From Patescibacteria group bacterium (GTDB lineage: Bacteria > Patescibacteriota > Patescibacteriia > UBA10025 > JAHIVO01), in contig JBAZWB010000001.1 of NCBI GenBank assembly GCA_041660605.1, positions 814,503 through 878,502 on the forward strand: a DNA stretch of 64,000 nt. The letters are read 5' to 3'. The notes beneath the pieces are model-generated. The model saw only the letters and a program-made list of their open reading frames with translations. It was not told the DNA's origin and did not search any database. The stretch's first letter is position 1; every line of letters begins with the position of its first letter. A program made the translations under genes and the position numbers. Below, piece by piece: positions 27,267 through 36,840 of the stretch.

Positions 27267-28862
27267 ATGAATAGCGAGGGGAAAATAAAATTTCATCAAA
27301 AATGCTGGCATCAAGCCAAACACTTGCATCACCATGCCAAGCATTTTTTAATTCCTCATAAGGGCAATGACCACAGGCCTCATGCTTTGCGTCCCAAGGC
27401 TCTGCGAGTATATTCCAGCTCTGTCATCCTGATTAAGCTGTTTGTGACTGCCTTTTTGTTCCTCTCTTACCCATCCTTAGGCCAATTCGCGGCTATCACA
27501 CAATCACAGATACTAAATTCTACCAATGCTTCGCGGGCAGAAGCGGGCATCGCTCCGCTGGCGCTGAATGAAACTCTTAATTATGCCGCTAAACTTAAAG
27601 CACAGGACATGATTGCTGATAATTATTTCGCCCATACCGCGCCCGATGGCACTAAACCCTGGGCTTTCATGAAGCAGGCCGGCTATAACTATTCTTCCGC
27701 CGGTGAAAACCTGGCTATGGATTTTACCGACGCAACCACGGTGCATACCGCGTTTATGAACAGCCCCTCGCACAAAAAAAACATCATGAACGGGAAGTAT
27801 ACCCAGATGGGCGTGGCCGTGCTTGATGGACAGATTGACGGCAAACAGACGACTATTTTAGTGGAATTCTTTGGCACGCCTTATGAGGCCACGGAACCCG
27901 AACCGACGCCAGCGCCAACTCCGACGCCAACTCCGACGCCAACTCCGACACCCACGCCGGCTGCAAATACAAATAAAGCTACTACCCCGGCTCCGACACC
28001 CACGCCTACACCGGTAAAAACTGCAGCTCCTGTAGTACCGAAATATTATCGCGCTGAGCTGACCGATCAGAGTGCTAAGGATTTAGGCATAAAAACTCTG
28101 GAAGAAATATCATTCTGGGTTGAATTCAAAAATACCGGTACCGCTAGCTGGACAAATACAGGCAATTATTTTGTCGCCCTGAATGTTACTAACCCCACCG
28201 GCCGCCACAGTGAATTTGAAGATAACTGGGTTGATTATTACCGCCCGGCCATTCTGTCTCAAGCCAAAGTTCTCCCTGGCGAGACGGGCCGTTTTGAATT
28301 CAAGCTGAAAGCGCCTGAAGAAGCCGGCACTTATGAAGAGTCATTCGGACTGGTGGCAGAAAACCTTACCTGGATTGACGGCGGTTCAATTGATCTGCCG
28401 ATTGTCGTCGTTGCGCCTCCGGAAAAAACCACCGAGATGCAGGTGGAGGTTATTCCCACGCCTATAACACCGGCAATTACCAATACGAATACAAATGCCA
28501 ACACTAATGTGAACACCAATGCCAACTCAAACGTAAATGCTAACTTAAACCAGGAACCGCAAAAAGTCCAGGAGCAACCATTGGCAATTGAAGAAGCGCA
28601 AAAACCCATCGTCAAGTCAATGACTATTGATAATGAACCAAAAAGCTTTCTTGGGCACCTCATAGACTATTCCGAAAGATTCTACGCTCTGCTTTTAATT
28701 TTTATAATTGTTGCCTTACTGATTAACATTCTGGTGGAGATCCGCATACAGCATCCGCACCTGATTATTCAGAGCCTGATTGTCATTATAATTGCCGCTT
28801 CAGCTATATTCCTGCATCCTCATTTCCTGGAACAAGTGCCAAAAGCTCTAAAAATTATTTAA
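27267..28862 (+). CDS. CAP-domain protein with Pro/Thr linker, NBR1-FW-like Ig domain and C-terminal TMs
   Basis: IPHKGNDHRPH, KAQDM..NYFAH, AGENLA, FMNSPSHKKNI; FKNTGTASW, PGETGRFEF. Confidence 0.88.
   Translation: MNSEGKIKFHQKCWHQAKHLHHHAKHFLIPHKGNDHRPHALRPKALRVYSSSVILIKLFVTAFLFLSYPSLGQFAAITQSQILNSTNASRAEAGIAPLALNETLNYAAKLKAQDMIADNYFAHTAPDGTKPWAFMKQAGYNYSSAGENLAMDFTDATTVHTAFMNSPSHKKNIMNGKYTQMGVAVLDGQIDGKQTTILVEFFGTPYEATEPEPTPAPTPTPTPTPTPTPTPAANTNKATTPAPTPTPTPVKTAAPVVPKYYRAELTDQSAKDLGIKTLEEISFWVEFKNTGTASWTNTGNYFVALNVTNPTGRHSEFEDNWVDYYRPAILSQAKVLPGETGRFEFKLKAPEEAGTYEESFGLVAENLTWIDGGSIDLPIVVVAPPEKTTEMQVEVIPTPITPAITNTNTNANTNVNTNANSNVNANLNQEPQKVQEQPLAIEEAQKPIVKSMTIDNEPKSFLGHLIDYSERFYALLLIFIIVALLINILVEIRIQHPHLIIQSLIVIIIAASAIFLHPHFLEQVPKALKII
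27913..27948 (+). repeat. In-frame 12-bp tandem repeat (CGCCAACTCCGA x3) encoding the PT linker
   Basis: Read directly from the sequence. Confidence 0.85.
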
Positions 28863-29004
28863 TTCCGATAGCAAATAAGGCAAGTTATCCACAACCCATG
28901 CCGTAAAGGGGCATTTTTGGCTTGTTTAATGCAAAATAAGCCTTGACCTTTAACGCTTTTTTTAATAAGATATAGTAATTACCTAAAAATTAACAATCAA
29001 GTAA

Positions 29005-30111
29005 ATGCACACGCCTATAACCTGGAATAAGCCATCTTTGAAATGGCTATTAATCATTTTAAGCTGTTTTTTATTAATCCCCGGATTGGTTTTAGCAGCT
29101 GAAAACCACCCGCCAATAATCAATTCCACCCCTGGTACAGAAGTAACCACTGACCATCAATACCAATACACTGCGGATACGACTGACACTGATAATGAAA
29201 CTTTAACTTATGCGCTGACTACTGCTCCACAGGGCATGACCATTGCCGGCAATGTAATCTCCTGGCAGCCATTCAAAGCCGGGGTATATAACGTCGTGCT
29301 GGAGGTGACGGACCAAAACAACGGTTATGACACGCAAGCCTGGCAGATACAGGTGAAGCCGGGCGCGGTGGCTACCATTACGGTCGATCCATATGATAAA
29401 CCTTATAAGGTTAATGTCGGTGCCAGCCAGCAATTTACCGCGCAGGCTTTTGATCAGTACGGCAATGAAATAACCGGAGTTGATTTTGAATGGTCCACAA
29501 ATCCAGACTACGGCACAGTGACTAACAACGGCCTTTTAACTGGAAATAAAGCCGGTACCAGTTATGTTGCTGCTAAAGCAAATAGCATTAAAAAATCTGT
29601 CGGCTTAGCCATTGAAGGCGGCAGCAATCCAGTGTCCAATACAAACCAGGCCAGTAATGCCAATACGGCCGCAGCGACGAACCAAAATACAAATAAGTCC
29701 TCAAATGCTAACTCTCAGTCACAAAATACAAATGCTAACGAAAATACCAATGAGTCGCTGACAAATGGTAATATCAATGAAAATACAAATGAGAATGCCT
29801 CTGAACAGGAAAATAAGGCCTGCAGCAACTGGCCTCACTGGCTGCTGATCGTACTGCCGATTATTTACGCACTGGCGCTTATCGTTTATTATCAATTTGA
29901 AAAAAAGAACAAATCAGGTTCCTGGTGGATTTTTCCGGTACTGCTGACCGCTATAGGTTTGATTATCTTTTATAAATACATCTGTCCGGATACCTATGTC
30001 TGGTGGCCGTGGGTACTGGTGATAATCGGCGCGGTCCTGACTCTGCTCTACAAAGGCAAAGCCGGACCGGACAACGGCGGTAATAAATCACAAACCGAAC
30101 TCCCCTTCTAA
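29005..30111 (+). CDS. Ig-like domain membrane protein (cadherin-like and Big2-like domains, Asn-rich linker, 3 C-terminal TMs)
   Basis: NHPPIINSTP...LTYALTTAPQGMTI; QQFTAQAFDQYGN. Confidence 0.75.
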   Translation: MHTPITWNKPSLKWLLIILSCFLLIPGLVLAAENHPPIINSTPGTEVTTDHQYQYTADTTDTDNETLTYALTTAPQGMTIAGNVISWQPFKAGVYNVVLEVTDQNNGYDTQAWQIQVKPGAVATITVDPYDKPYKVNVGASQQFTAQAFDQYGNEITGVDFEWSTNPDYGTVTNNGLLTGNKAGTSYVAAKANSIKKSVGLAIEGGSNPVSNTNQASNANTAAATNQNTNKSSNANSQSQNTNANENTNESLTNGNINENTNENASEQENKACSNWPHWLLIVLPIIYALALIVYYQFEKKNKSGSWWIFPVLLTAIGLIIFYKYICPDTYVWWPWVLVIIGAVLTLLYKGKAGPDNGGNKSQTELPF

Positions 30112-30134
30112 GACGAATTTGAATAAATTTCCAT

Positions 30135-30172
30135 AAAAAAATCGGCCGGAATCATAACTGGCCGGTTTTTTA
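30135..30172. terminator. Bidirectional terminator
   Basis: A-tract, ATCGGCCGG...CTGGCCGGT stem, T-tract; lies between convergent genes. Confidence 0.75.
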
Positions 30173-30174
30173 TT

Positions 30175-30990
30175 TTATTTGAAAATGAGGAAGATTATCA
30201 CTGCCAAGCCCAAGATAATCCTATAATAAGCAAAAGCATTTAACGGTCTTCTCTGAAGGAAGCTGAGCAGCACCCTGATGGCTAAATATCCGACGCCGGC
30301 CGAGGTTAAAAAACCTACGAGAATTATCAGCCATTCACCACCGGTAAAGCCTGCCTGGAGGCCATCATACATTTTCTTCAGCCCGGCGCCGAAAATAACC
30401 GGCACTGACAGGAGGAAAGAAAAGCGCGCCGCCTGTTCGCGCTTCAGGCCCTGCGAAAGGCCGCCCAGGATGGTTATACCCGAGCGAGAAACCCCGGGCA
30501 ACAAGGATAATACCTGCATCAGCCCGATTATAATGGCGCCGCGCCAGCTCAATTCTTCCAGATTTTTTATTTTCTTGGAATATTTTTCAAAAACGAAAAA
30601 CAGCAGGCCAACGGCTACGAATAATACGGCGACCAGCCAAAGATTTCGGAAAACGGTATCTGCCTTAGACTCCAGAAAAAAGCCTGCCACACCCGCCGGT
30701 ATAGAACCTACAACGATATACCAGGCCATCCTCTGATTAAAGTCATTTGCTAAATTCCAGTTGGCAAAACTTCTGAAGAATGATACGATGTATCTAGCTA
30801 AGTCTTTTGAAAAAAATACCAGCAAGGCCGCCAATGTACCCAGATGCAGAGCGACGTCGAAGCTTAAGTTGTCCACAAAATTAAAATTCAGCAGTTCATG
30901 GGCGATGATCAGATGCCCTGAGCTGGAGATCGGCCAGAATTCGGTCAGACCCTGGACAATGCCCAGAATAATTGAATAAAGATAGTCCAT
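30175..30990 (-). CDS. uppP: Undecaprenyl-diphosphate phosphatase
   Basis: GIVQGLTEFWPISSSGH, HLGT, PGVSRSG.T, AARFSFLL. Confidence 0.97.
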   Translation of the reverse strand: MDYLYSIILGIVQGLTEFWPISSSGHLIIAHELLNFNFVDNLSFDVALHLGTLAALLVFFSKDLARYIVSFFRSFANWNLANDFNQRMAWYIVVGSIPAGVAGFFLESKADTVFRNLWLVAVLFVAVGLLFFVFEKYSKKIKNLEELSWRGAIIIGLMQVLSLLPGVSRSGITILGGLSQGLKREQAARFSFLLSVPVIFGAGLKKMYDGLQAGFTGGEWLIILVGFLTSAGVGYLAIRVLLSFLQRRPLNAFAYYRIILGLAVIIFLIFK

Positions 30991-30993
30991 ATT

Positions 30994-31425
30994 ATGCAAA
31001 TTGAATTAGTCTTAACTCCGCTTATCACCCTTTTTGCCGTTCAATCTCTGAAACTGGCGACTGACGGCATCAAGGGTAATTTCAGCGCCAAAGATTTTTT
31101 TATCACTTACGGGGGTATGCCTTCCACCCATAGTGCCATTGTCTCCTCTTTTACCAGCATTATCGCCTATAAAGAGGGGCTTTTTTCTCCTGCTTTCAGC
31201 ATCGCCATGGTCTTTTCCCTGATTGTAATCGTAGATGCCATGTCATTCCGCCGGCATATAGACCAGCAAGGCCGGGCGATCAAGAAGCTGATCGGCGGTC
31301 TGCCTCAGGATGAGCAAAAGAAATTTCCCTATTTTTCCACCAGAGTCGAACATACCTTGCCGCAGGTAGCCGTCGGAATACTGTTGGGCTTTACGATTGC
31401 TTCCATTATTGCATTAATCACATAA
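30994..31425 (+). CDS. Divergent PAP2 family (DUF212) membrane protein
   Basis: GGMPSTHSA, DAM..RR..QG, HT..QV..G. Confidence 0.88.
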   Translation: MQIELVLTPLITLFAVQSLKLATDGIKGNFSAKDFFITYGGMPSTHSAIVSSFTSIIAYKEGLFSPAFSIAMVFSLIVIVDAMSFRRHIDQQGRAIKKLIGGLPQDEQKKFPYFSTRVEHTLPQVAVGILLGFTIASIIALIT

Positions 31426-31436
31426 AGAGCCAAATG

Positions 31437-32342
31437 CTATTTCTGGCAAACCGGGCAATAGGTCGTACCCCTGCCACCCAGGGACATGGCTTTTATGATA
31501 TTGCCGCAACGCCTGCATTTCTCCCCTTCCCGGCCATAGACCCGCAACATAGGGAAATACTTACCCGGCTCACCATGGGCATCGACGTAATTATTGGCAG
31601 TAGTGCCCTGCTTCTTTACAGCCAGGCGTAAAATTCTTTTAATAGATTGGAAAAGCTTTTTTTGTTCAGCTGCCTTCAGGGTACCGGCTCTTCTGGTCGG
31701 TTTGATGCCGGCATAATAGCAGGCTTCCGTGGCGTAAATATTTCCTATGCCGGCTATAGCCGTCTGATCCATCAGCCTGGGTTTTATTTTCTGCGATTTC
31801 CTGCGGGATAAAATATTCTGGAAAATTTGAAAGGTAAAACCGACGCTTAGCGGTTCTGGGCCGGTCCCTGCATCCTCAAAATATTTATCAAGCTCATCGG
31901 ATGATAATAATTTTAAATAACCGAATTTTCTGACGTCATTGAAAAAAAGATGACTGCCGTCGCTGAAGGTAAAAATAACATGAGAAAATTTGTTGGGCAA
32001 GCCTATCAACCCATTTTTTATAGGATGCCCGCCTGCCACGAGTTGCCGCGAGGCATCGCGGGCAGGCCCGCCTGCTTTAATTATTTTTTTATAACGGTAC
32101 ACCAGCTGGCCGGTCATTTTCAGGTGCACCAACAAGACCTGCTTATTTGAAAGATAGATCAAAATAATCTTTGCCCGTCGGCCGACTTTATCAATTTTTG
32201 AGTTAACAACAAGCCGCTTAAATAATGTAAGCGGACTCTTCACCAGTTTCGGCACCCTGATCTCCAACTTGGAAATGTGTTTATTCCTCAAGACAACATC
32301 AAGTTGGGTTCGTATTGTCTCAACTTCTGGCAGCTCCGGCAT
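31437..32342 (-). CDS. mutM: Formamidopyrimidine-DNA glycosylase (with a 13-aa insertion)
   Basis: MPELPEVET, HLKMTG, D.RKFG, GIGNIY, C-terminal zinc finger CRRC..CPVCQ. Confidence 0.97.
   Translation of the reverse strand: MPELPEVETIRTQLDVVLRNKHISKLEIRVPKLVKSPLTLFKRLVVNSKIDKVGRRAKIILIYLSNKQVLLVHLKMTGQLVYRYKKIIKAGGPARDASRQLVAGGHPIKNGLIGLPNKFSHVIFTFSDGSHLFFNDVRKFGYLKLLSSDELDKYFEDAGTGPEPLSVGFTFQIFQNILSRRKSQKIKPRLMDQTAIAGIGNIYATEACYYAGIKPTRRAGTLKAAEQKKLFQSIKRILRLAVKKQGTTANNYVDAHGEPGKYFPMLRVYGREGEKCRRCGNIIKAMSLGGRGTTYCPVCQK
32028..32066. repeat. 39-nt palindromic in-frame insertion in mutM
   Basis: GC-rich hairpin flanked by the direct repeat CCCGCCTGC (32028-32036 and 32067-32075). Confidence 0.75.
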
Positions 32343-32344
32343 TT

Positions 32345-32797
32345 TTAAATTTTTAGGCGGTTTTTCAGAATATTTTGGTAAATATCACGCCGAGTAACAA
32401 TACCGACGATTTCATTCTCCTGCCCAACAACAATGACACGGTGAATGCCGCGTACCAGCATCATTGATCCGACCTGCATCAGCGAAGCATCAGGATTTAC
32501 CGTGACCACCTCCATGGTCATCAAATCCTGGACAGGCTTATCTGCGGCTTCTTTGGTTTTTTCCTCAAGTTTATCCAGGTCAATCCAGACTCCCGGGCTA
32601 TCATAAAACTCAGCATGGGAGGGGTAAAGAGCTTTAAACAAGTCTTTCTCTGAAACCACACCTACCAGTTTATTGTCCTTATCCACGACCGGCGCCCCTG
32701 AAATATTGTTTTCCGACAGTATTTTCGCTGCTTTACGCAAAGTAAAATCCTGTGGTATAACAATGAGCTTTTTATTCATGATATCGCTAACTTTCAT
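32345..32797 (-). CDS. CBS domain pair protein
   Basis: ISGAPVVD..LVGVVSEKD; IVGIVTRRD. Confidence 0.92.
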   Translation of the reverse strand: MKVSDIMNKKLIVIPQDFTLRKAAKILSENNISGAPVVDKDNKLVGVVSEKDLFKALYPSHAEFYDSPGVWIDLDKLEEKTKEAADKPVQDLMTMEVVTVNPDASLMQVGSMMLVRGIHRVIVVGQENEIVGIVTRRDIYQNILKNRLKI

Positions 32798-32864
32798 ATA
32801 TTTTGTAGTAATATTACAGTTCTACTTTTGATTATAACGTAAATATTCAATATAATAAAGACCG

Positions 32865-34049
32865 CTAATCGCGGAATAAAACGCTCTCCTTGGAAAAAAG
32901 CTTAGTCGCGATAATTATGGCGATTACCGAACCAACCAGCGTTGTGGCGATAGTTACGATAATATGCAGCCAATTGGTCTCCCCCATCAAACTTTCCTTA
33001 AAAACAAAAACGGCATTTATTGAAGGTACGAAAAATAGCCCTAATGGCGGCTTGAATCCGGGGATAGAAGAAAAAATTGACACTGGCAGAATTGCTAAAA
33101 GATAAAAAGGTGTAATGTAATTCTGGGCTTCTTTGAAGCTTTTGGCGAATATCGCCACGGCCAGGAGCATTCCGGCAAACATTACCGAAAGTATTATGCC
33201 AATTAATATCATCAATATAAAAGTAACCGGCGTAATGCTGAAAACCAGCGTTTCTCCCAGATTTGGCGGCCAGATTTTGAATGCTGCGTACATGCTGGCC
33301 ACCGACAGAATAACTGAAGTAATGGAAGTGGTGGCTACCGCCATAAATTTCCCGGTAACAATTTTGAGGCGCGAGAGAGGCACGAGCAGCAAAGCCTCCA
33401 GCGTCTTTCTCTCTTTTTCTCCGGCAGAGACGTCTATGGCCACGTACATGCCTCCTAAAATGGAAAAGAGAACTATGAACATTGGCAGCAGCAATCCCAA
33501 AAAGAATCCGCCTCGCTCCTGCTCTGTGGCAATATCGTTTTGCTGCACCTTGACTATCTGCGTGATATTCGGATCTAAACCAACTGCAGAGATTTTTTGG
33601 GCGACTATTGTCTGCCCGTAAACCAGCAGAGCTGTCTGCACTTTTTGCGCGGCAATGGAGGATTTCTGATCGGTACTTTTGTCGTACAACATGATAGTAG
33701 CCGGCTGATTGGCGGTAATTGATGATTCAAAATTATCAGGTATCGCCAGATAAGCCTGTATGACTCCGGTGTCCAGCTGGGTATTGAAATCATTGCTGAT
33801 ATCGCTGATGCTTATTTTATCCTGAGTTTTCAGAAAATTGACCAGCGACGGCGCGGCTGCCTGGTTTTCTATGGCCACCACTGCCACCTGTTTTTCCGCA
33901 GACTTCACTTGCGATTCCTGCAATTTTAAACTGCCAATCATAATCACTGGCATCAGCACGATAGGCATAATGACTGCCGTATAGAGAGTGCGCTTATCGC
34001 GAAGCGTATCCCTGATTTCTTTTTTCCAGACAGTTAGAATCTCTTTCAT
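32865..34049 (-). CDS. ABC transporter permease (NatB-like)
   Basis: KKEIRDTLRDKRT, AGEKERKTLEALL, AKSFKEAQ. Confidence 0.9.
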   Translation of the reverse strand: MKEILTVWKKEIRDTLRDKRTLYTAVIMPIVLMPVIMIGSLKLQESQVKSAEKQVAVVAIENQAAAPSLVNFLKTQDKISISDISNDFNTQLDTGVIQAYLAIPDNFESSITANQPATIMLYDKSTDQKSSIAAQKVQTALLVYGQTIVAQKISAVGLDPNITQIVKVQQNDIATEQERGGFFLGLLLPMFIVLFSILGGMYVAIDVSAGEKERKTLEALLLVPLSRLKIVTGKFMAVATTSITSVILSVASMYAAFKIWPPNLGETLVFSITPVTFILMILIGIILSVMFAGMLLAVAIFAKSFKEAQNYITPFYLLAILPVSIFSSIPGFKPPLGLFFVPSINAVFVFKESLMGETNWLHIIVTIATTLVGSVIAIIIATKLFSKESVLFRD

Positions 34050-34054
34050 ATTGA

Positions 34055-34723
34055 TTAAATCTCTTTTAATATTTCCCTCAAGTCTCTGATTTCATGATCC
34101 GGCTTGATGCTTAAATAATGCCTTTCATTATAGATATTGCGGTAAAAATAAGTTACAGCCCCAATCAGTTGGCCGGCTTCAATGTCGCTTTCGCGATCGC
34201 CAATCTTAACCATCTTTCCGAATTCTTTGCTCGTTAAGTATTTTTTCAAAGCCTGCGCTTTCAACTGCTGAATTTCTGTCTGTTGGCGGGGCTCTGAATG
34301 AACGTCAAGCCCAATAAAATCATCAAGCAAATCATCAATCTTTACCAAACGGGCAAAATGCCTAATCCACCGGGGATCAGTATTGCTGAGTAGCAAATTT
34401 TTATGGCCTGCCTGCTTGATTTTTTCCAACACTTCTCTGGCGTAATCATTTGGCTCAATATATTTTTCTACGATGAAATTTTCCTGCTGGATCTTCACCG
34501 CTTGCGCGCGCATGTCCGACCAAAGCTCATTGTTGCCATTGGGCTGTATGTACTGAAAATAATCCAGCCAGCTCAATCCATACAAATTCACCGCTTCTTC
34601 GAGAGTCATTTCACGATATATATCAAAATGCTTCAATGTCTTATTAACGATTTCCTGCACTGCCAGAACATTATTCTTTTCCAGCGTGCCGTGAAAATCC
34701 CAGATAAATAAAAATGTTTTCAC
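34055..34723 (-). CDS. HAD-family hydrolase
   Basis: WDFHGTL, LSN, K, IGDRESD. Confidence 0.85.
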   Translation of the reverse strand: MKTFLFIWDFHGTLEKNNVLAVQEIVNKTLKHFDIYREMTLEEAVNLYGLSWLDYFQYIQPNGNNELWSDMRAQAVKIQQENFIVEKYIEPNDYAREVLEKIKQAGHKNLLLSNTDPRWIRHFARLVKIDDLLDDFIGLDVHSEPRQQTEIQQLKAQALKKYLTSKEFGKMVKIGDRESDIEAGQLIGAVTYFYRNIYNERHYLSIKPDHEIRDLREILKEI

Positions 34724-35619
34724 TTTTTTAAAGATAATTCATAAATAATTACCGCCGCCGCTACCGCCACTGCCAAAACCAGCCGCCACCAGGGATAAAT
34801 CCTGGAACCGAAAGCCAGGCCTTTCGGACTGAAAAATTTTGGCTTGATTTCTGGCTGAACTTTTTCCGGAAGAATTTCGCCAGATGTCTTTTTGACGATT
34901 GATAAGAATGACTCTTCCAGGCTTTTTTTGCCGGTTTGTTTTTCTATATTTTCAAGATTACCGACAAAAACCAATCTGCCCTGGTGAATAATGGCCACCC
35001 GGCCGCATAATTTTTCCGCATTGTGCATTTCATGAGTAGAGAGTATTACCAGCTTGCCTAGCTCTCTGGCTTTCAGCATAAAATTAACTACCGTCTGCGA
35101 CGCCAATACGTCGAGGCCGGAAGTAGGCTCGTCAAAAATAATCACCTCCGGATCGTGTATAACCGAGCGGGCAATGGCGACTTTTTGCTTCATGCCGGTG
35201 GAAAATTTTCCGGCGCGCCGATCGGCGAAATCTTCCATCTCCAAAAGGCCCAGTAATTCATTTATCCTTTGCTCCAGCTTTTCGCCGTACAACCCATACA
35301 GCTGTCCGAAATAACGTAGGTTTTCCCTGGCAGTGAACCTGTCATAAAGTCCGATATCTGTCGTCAAAACGCCTATATTCCTTCTAACCTGTTCCGGCTG
35401 TTTATTTATATCAAAGCCGGCTACCATTACATCACCGGAAGTAGGCTGCAATATCGTGGCAATCAATCGGATAGTTGTTGTCTTGCCGGCACCATTTGGT
35501 CCCAAAAGCCCGAATATTTCCCCTGCTTCCGCAGTAAACGAAACGTTATCAACAGCCACAACTTCGCCTTTTTTGCCGCTAAATTTTTTAGTTAAATTTT
35601 TTACTTCCAAAAGTGGCAT
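34720..35619 (-). CDS. ABC transporter ATP-binding protein (NatA-like)
   Basis: GPNGAGKTT, FSTGMKQK, IIFDEPT, STH. Confidence 0.93.
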   Translation of the reverse strand: MPLLEVKNLTKKFSGKKGEVVAVDNVSFTAEAGEIFGLLGPNGAGKTTTIRLIATILQPTSGDVMVAGFDINKQPEQVRRNIGVLTTDIGLYDRFTARENLRYFGQLYGLYGEKLEQRINELLGLLEMEDFADRRAGKFSTGMKQKVAIARSVIHDPEVIIFDEPTSGLDVLASQTVVNFMLKARELGKLVILSTHEMHNAEKLCGRVAIIHQGRLVFVGNLENIEKQTGKKSLEESFLSIVKKTSGEILPEKVQPEIKPKFFSPKGLAFGSRIYPWWRLVLAVAVAAAVIIYELSLKK

Positions 35620-35669
35620 ATTTTTATTTTACTTGAAAAAAGCTAATTATTCAAATATATTTAATCAGT

Positions 35670-36161
35670 TTAAAACAGCACCTGCCAGATAAAAATTCCA
35701 ATAATAATTGCGCCAATAATGAATTTTATCAGGCCTCCGGTGATAAATCCGATAAAACTACCAAAGCCTGCACGCAAGGCCGATTGATTATTCTTTCCGC
35801 CGGCCAGCTCCAGTAGATAAGCGCCTAAAAACGATCCAATGATCACGCCGATGATGCCGCCGGTAAACAAACCGATCAGCATCCCGGCCACCGCGCCAAT
35901 CATGCCGAGAGATGAACCGCCCATTTTTTTTACTCCATATATAGTTCCTAGCCAATCAAGCATTAAAGTTATGGCGGTCAAAAACGCAAATACCCCCAAA
36001 AGACCCCAACCGATGGTAGTGAAATGGTCTATCAGCGCGTAAGCAAAAACAGCCGCAAAAATCAGCGGTACGTCGGGTAAAACCGGCAAAACTACGCCCA
36101 GCAAACCAACCAGCATGACCAAAACAGTTAAAATAAAAATCATTATCTCGCCTGCAGTCAT
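35670..36161 (-). CDS. DUF456 family membrane protein
   Basis: VLPVLP, Gly-rich TM segments, GSFLGA.L.E. Confidence 0.8.
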   Translation of the reverse strand: MTAGEIMIFILTVLVMLVGLLGVVLPVLPDVPLIFAAVFAYALIDHFTTIGWGLLGVFAFLTAITLMLDWLGTIYGVKKMGGSSLGMIGAVAGMLIGLFTGGIIGVIIGSFLGAYLLELAGGKNNQSALRAGFGSFIGFITGGLIKFIIGAIIIGIFIWQVLF

Positions 36162-36171
36162 CTTGTTTTAA

Positions 36172-36366
36172 CTAGAAAGGCTTAAAAGGGTATTTTTTTT
36201 CTGCTTCCGATTGTTCTTTGCTTATTTTCTTTTCTGATGCCTGCCAGCCTTTGGTGGTGATGCTCATTAAATACAAAATCACCCCCAGTCCGGCGGCAAT
36301 GAGCATTGGGAAGCCTATGCCGGATGGATCAGTCAAAAAATTAATTAGTTCCTTGAACCATTCCAT
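36172..36366 (-). CDS. Small single-TM hypothetical protein
   Basis: 64-aa ORF packed in the minus-strand gene run. Confidence 0.6.
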   Translation of the reverse strand: MEWFKELINFLTDPSGIGFPMLIAAGLGVILYLMSITTKGWQASEKKISKEQSEAEKKYPFKPF

Positions 36367-36796
36367 TATCTATCTGGTTAGCTTGGCTTTTTTTATAACC
36401 CAGCAGGCTGAAAATAAAGATTAGCAGATACCCAATGCCTCCATAGAAACAGGCGGGCGGAGTAGTCGCTTTTATCGGGGCTAAAAACCATTCATAGACG
36501 CTCAAACCCCCGGCGAAAAGAACCCCGGCGATGCCGAAAATCAACACCGTCAATACTATAGGACGTGAATTTTTTCTAGCCAGAGCGATGATCGCAAATA
36601 TTGCTACCAGCATAAACATAAAAAATCCATAAACGCAGTTCGGCAAGCCGAATATTTCCACTGGCGCGGCTCCGCAGCTGACTAAAGCCTTCCCGCACCC
36701 ATTGCCCCATAAATTAACATACGATAAATATCCGGAAAATGCCGCACCGGCGATGCTGATAATTAAAATTGTTATCAAATTACTTTTTAATTTCAT
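36341..36796 (-). CDS. VKOR-like membrane protein
   Basis: Four TMs, loop cysteines C......C, IFGLP.C.YG; lacks the canonical CXXC. Confidence 0.6.
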   Translation of the reverse strand: MKLKSNLITILIISIAGAAFSGYLSYVNLWGNGCGKALVSCGAAPVEIFGLPNCVYGFFMFMLVAIFAIIALARKNSRPIVLTVLIFGIAGVLFAGGLSVYEWFLAPIKATTPPACFYGGIGYLLIFIFSLLGYKKSQANQIDNGMVQGTN

Positions 36797-36840
36797 ATAT
36801 CCCCTTATTTAATTATTAATGTTTATTTACTAATACTACA

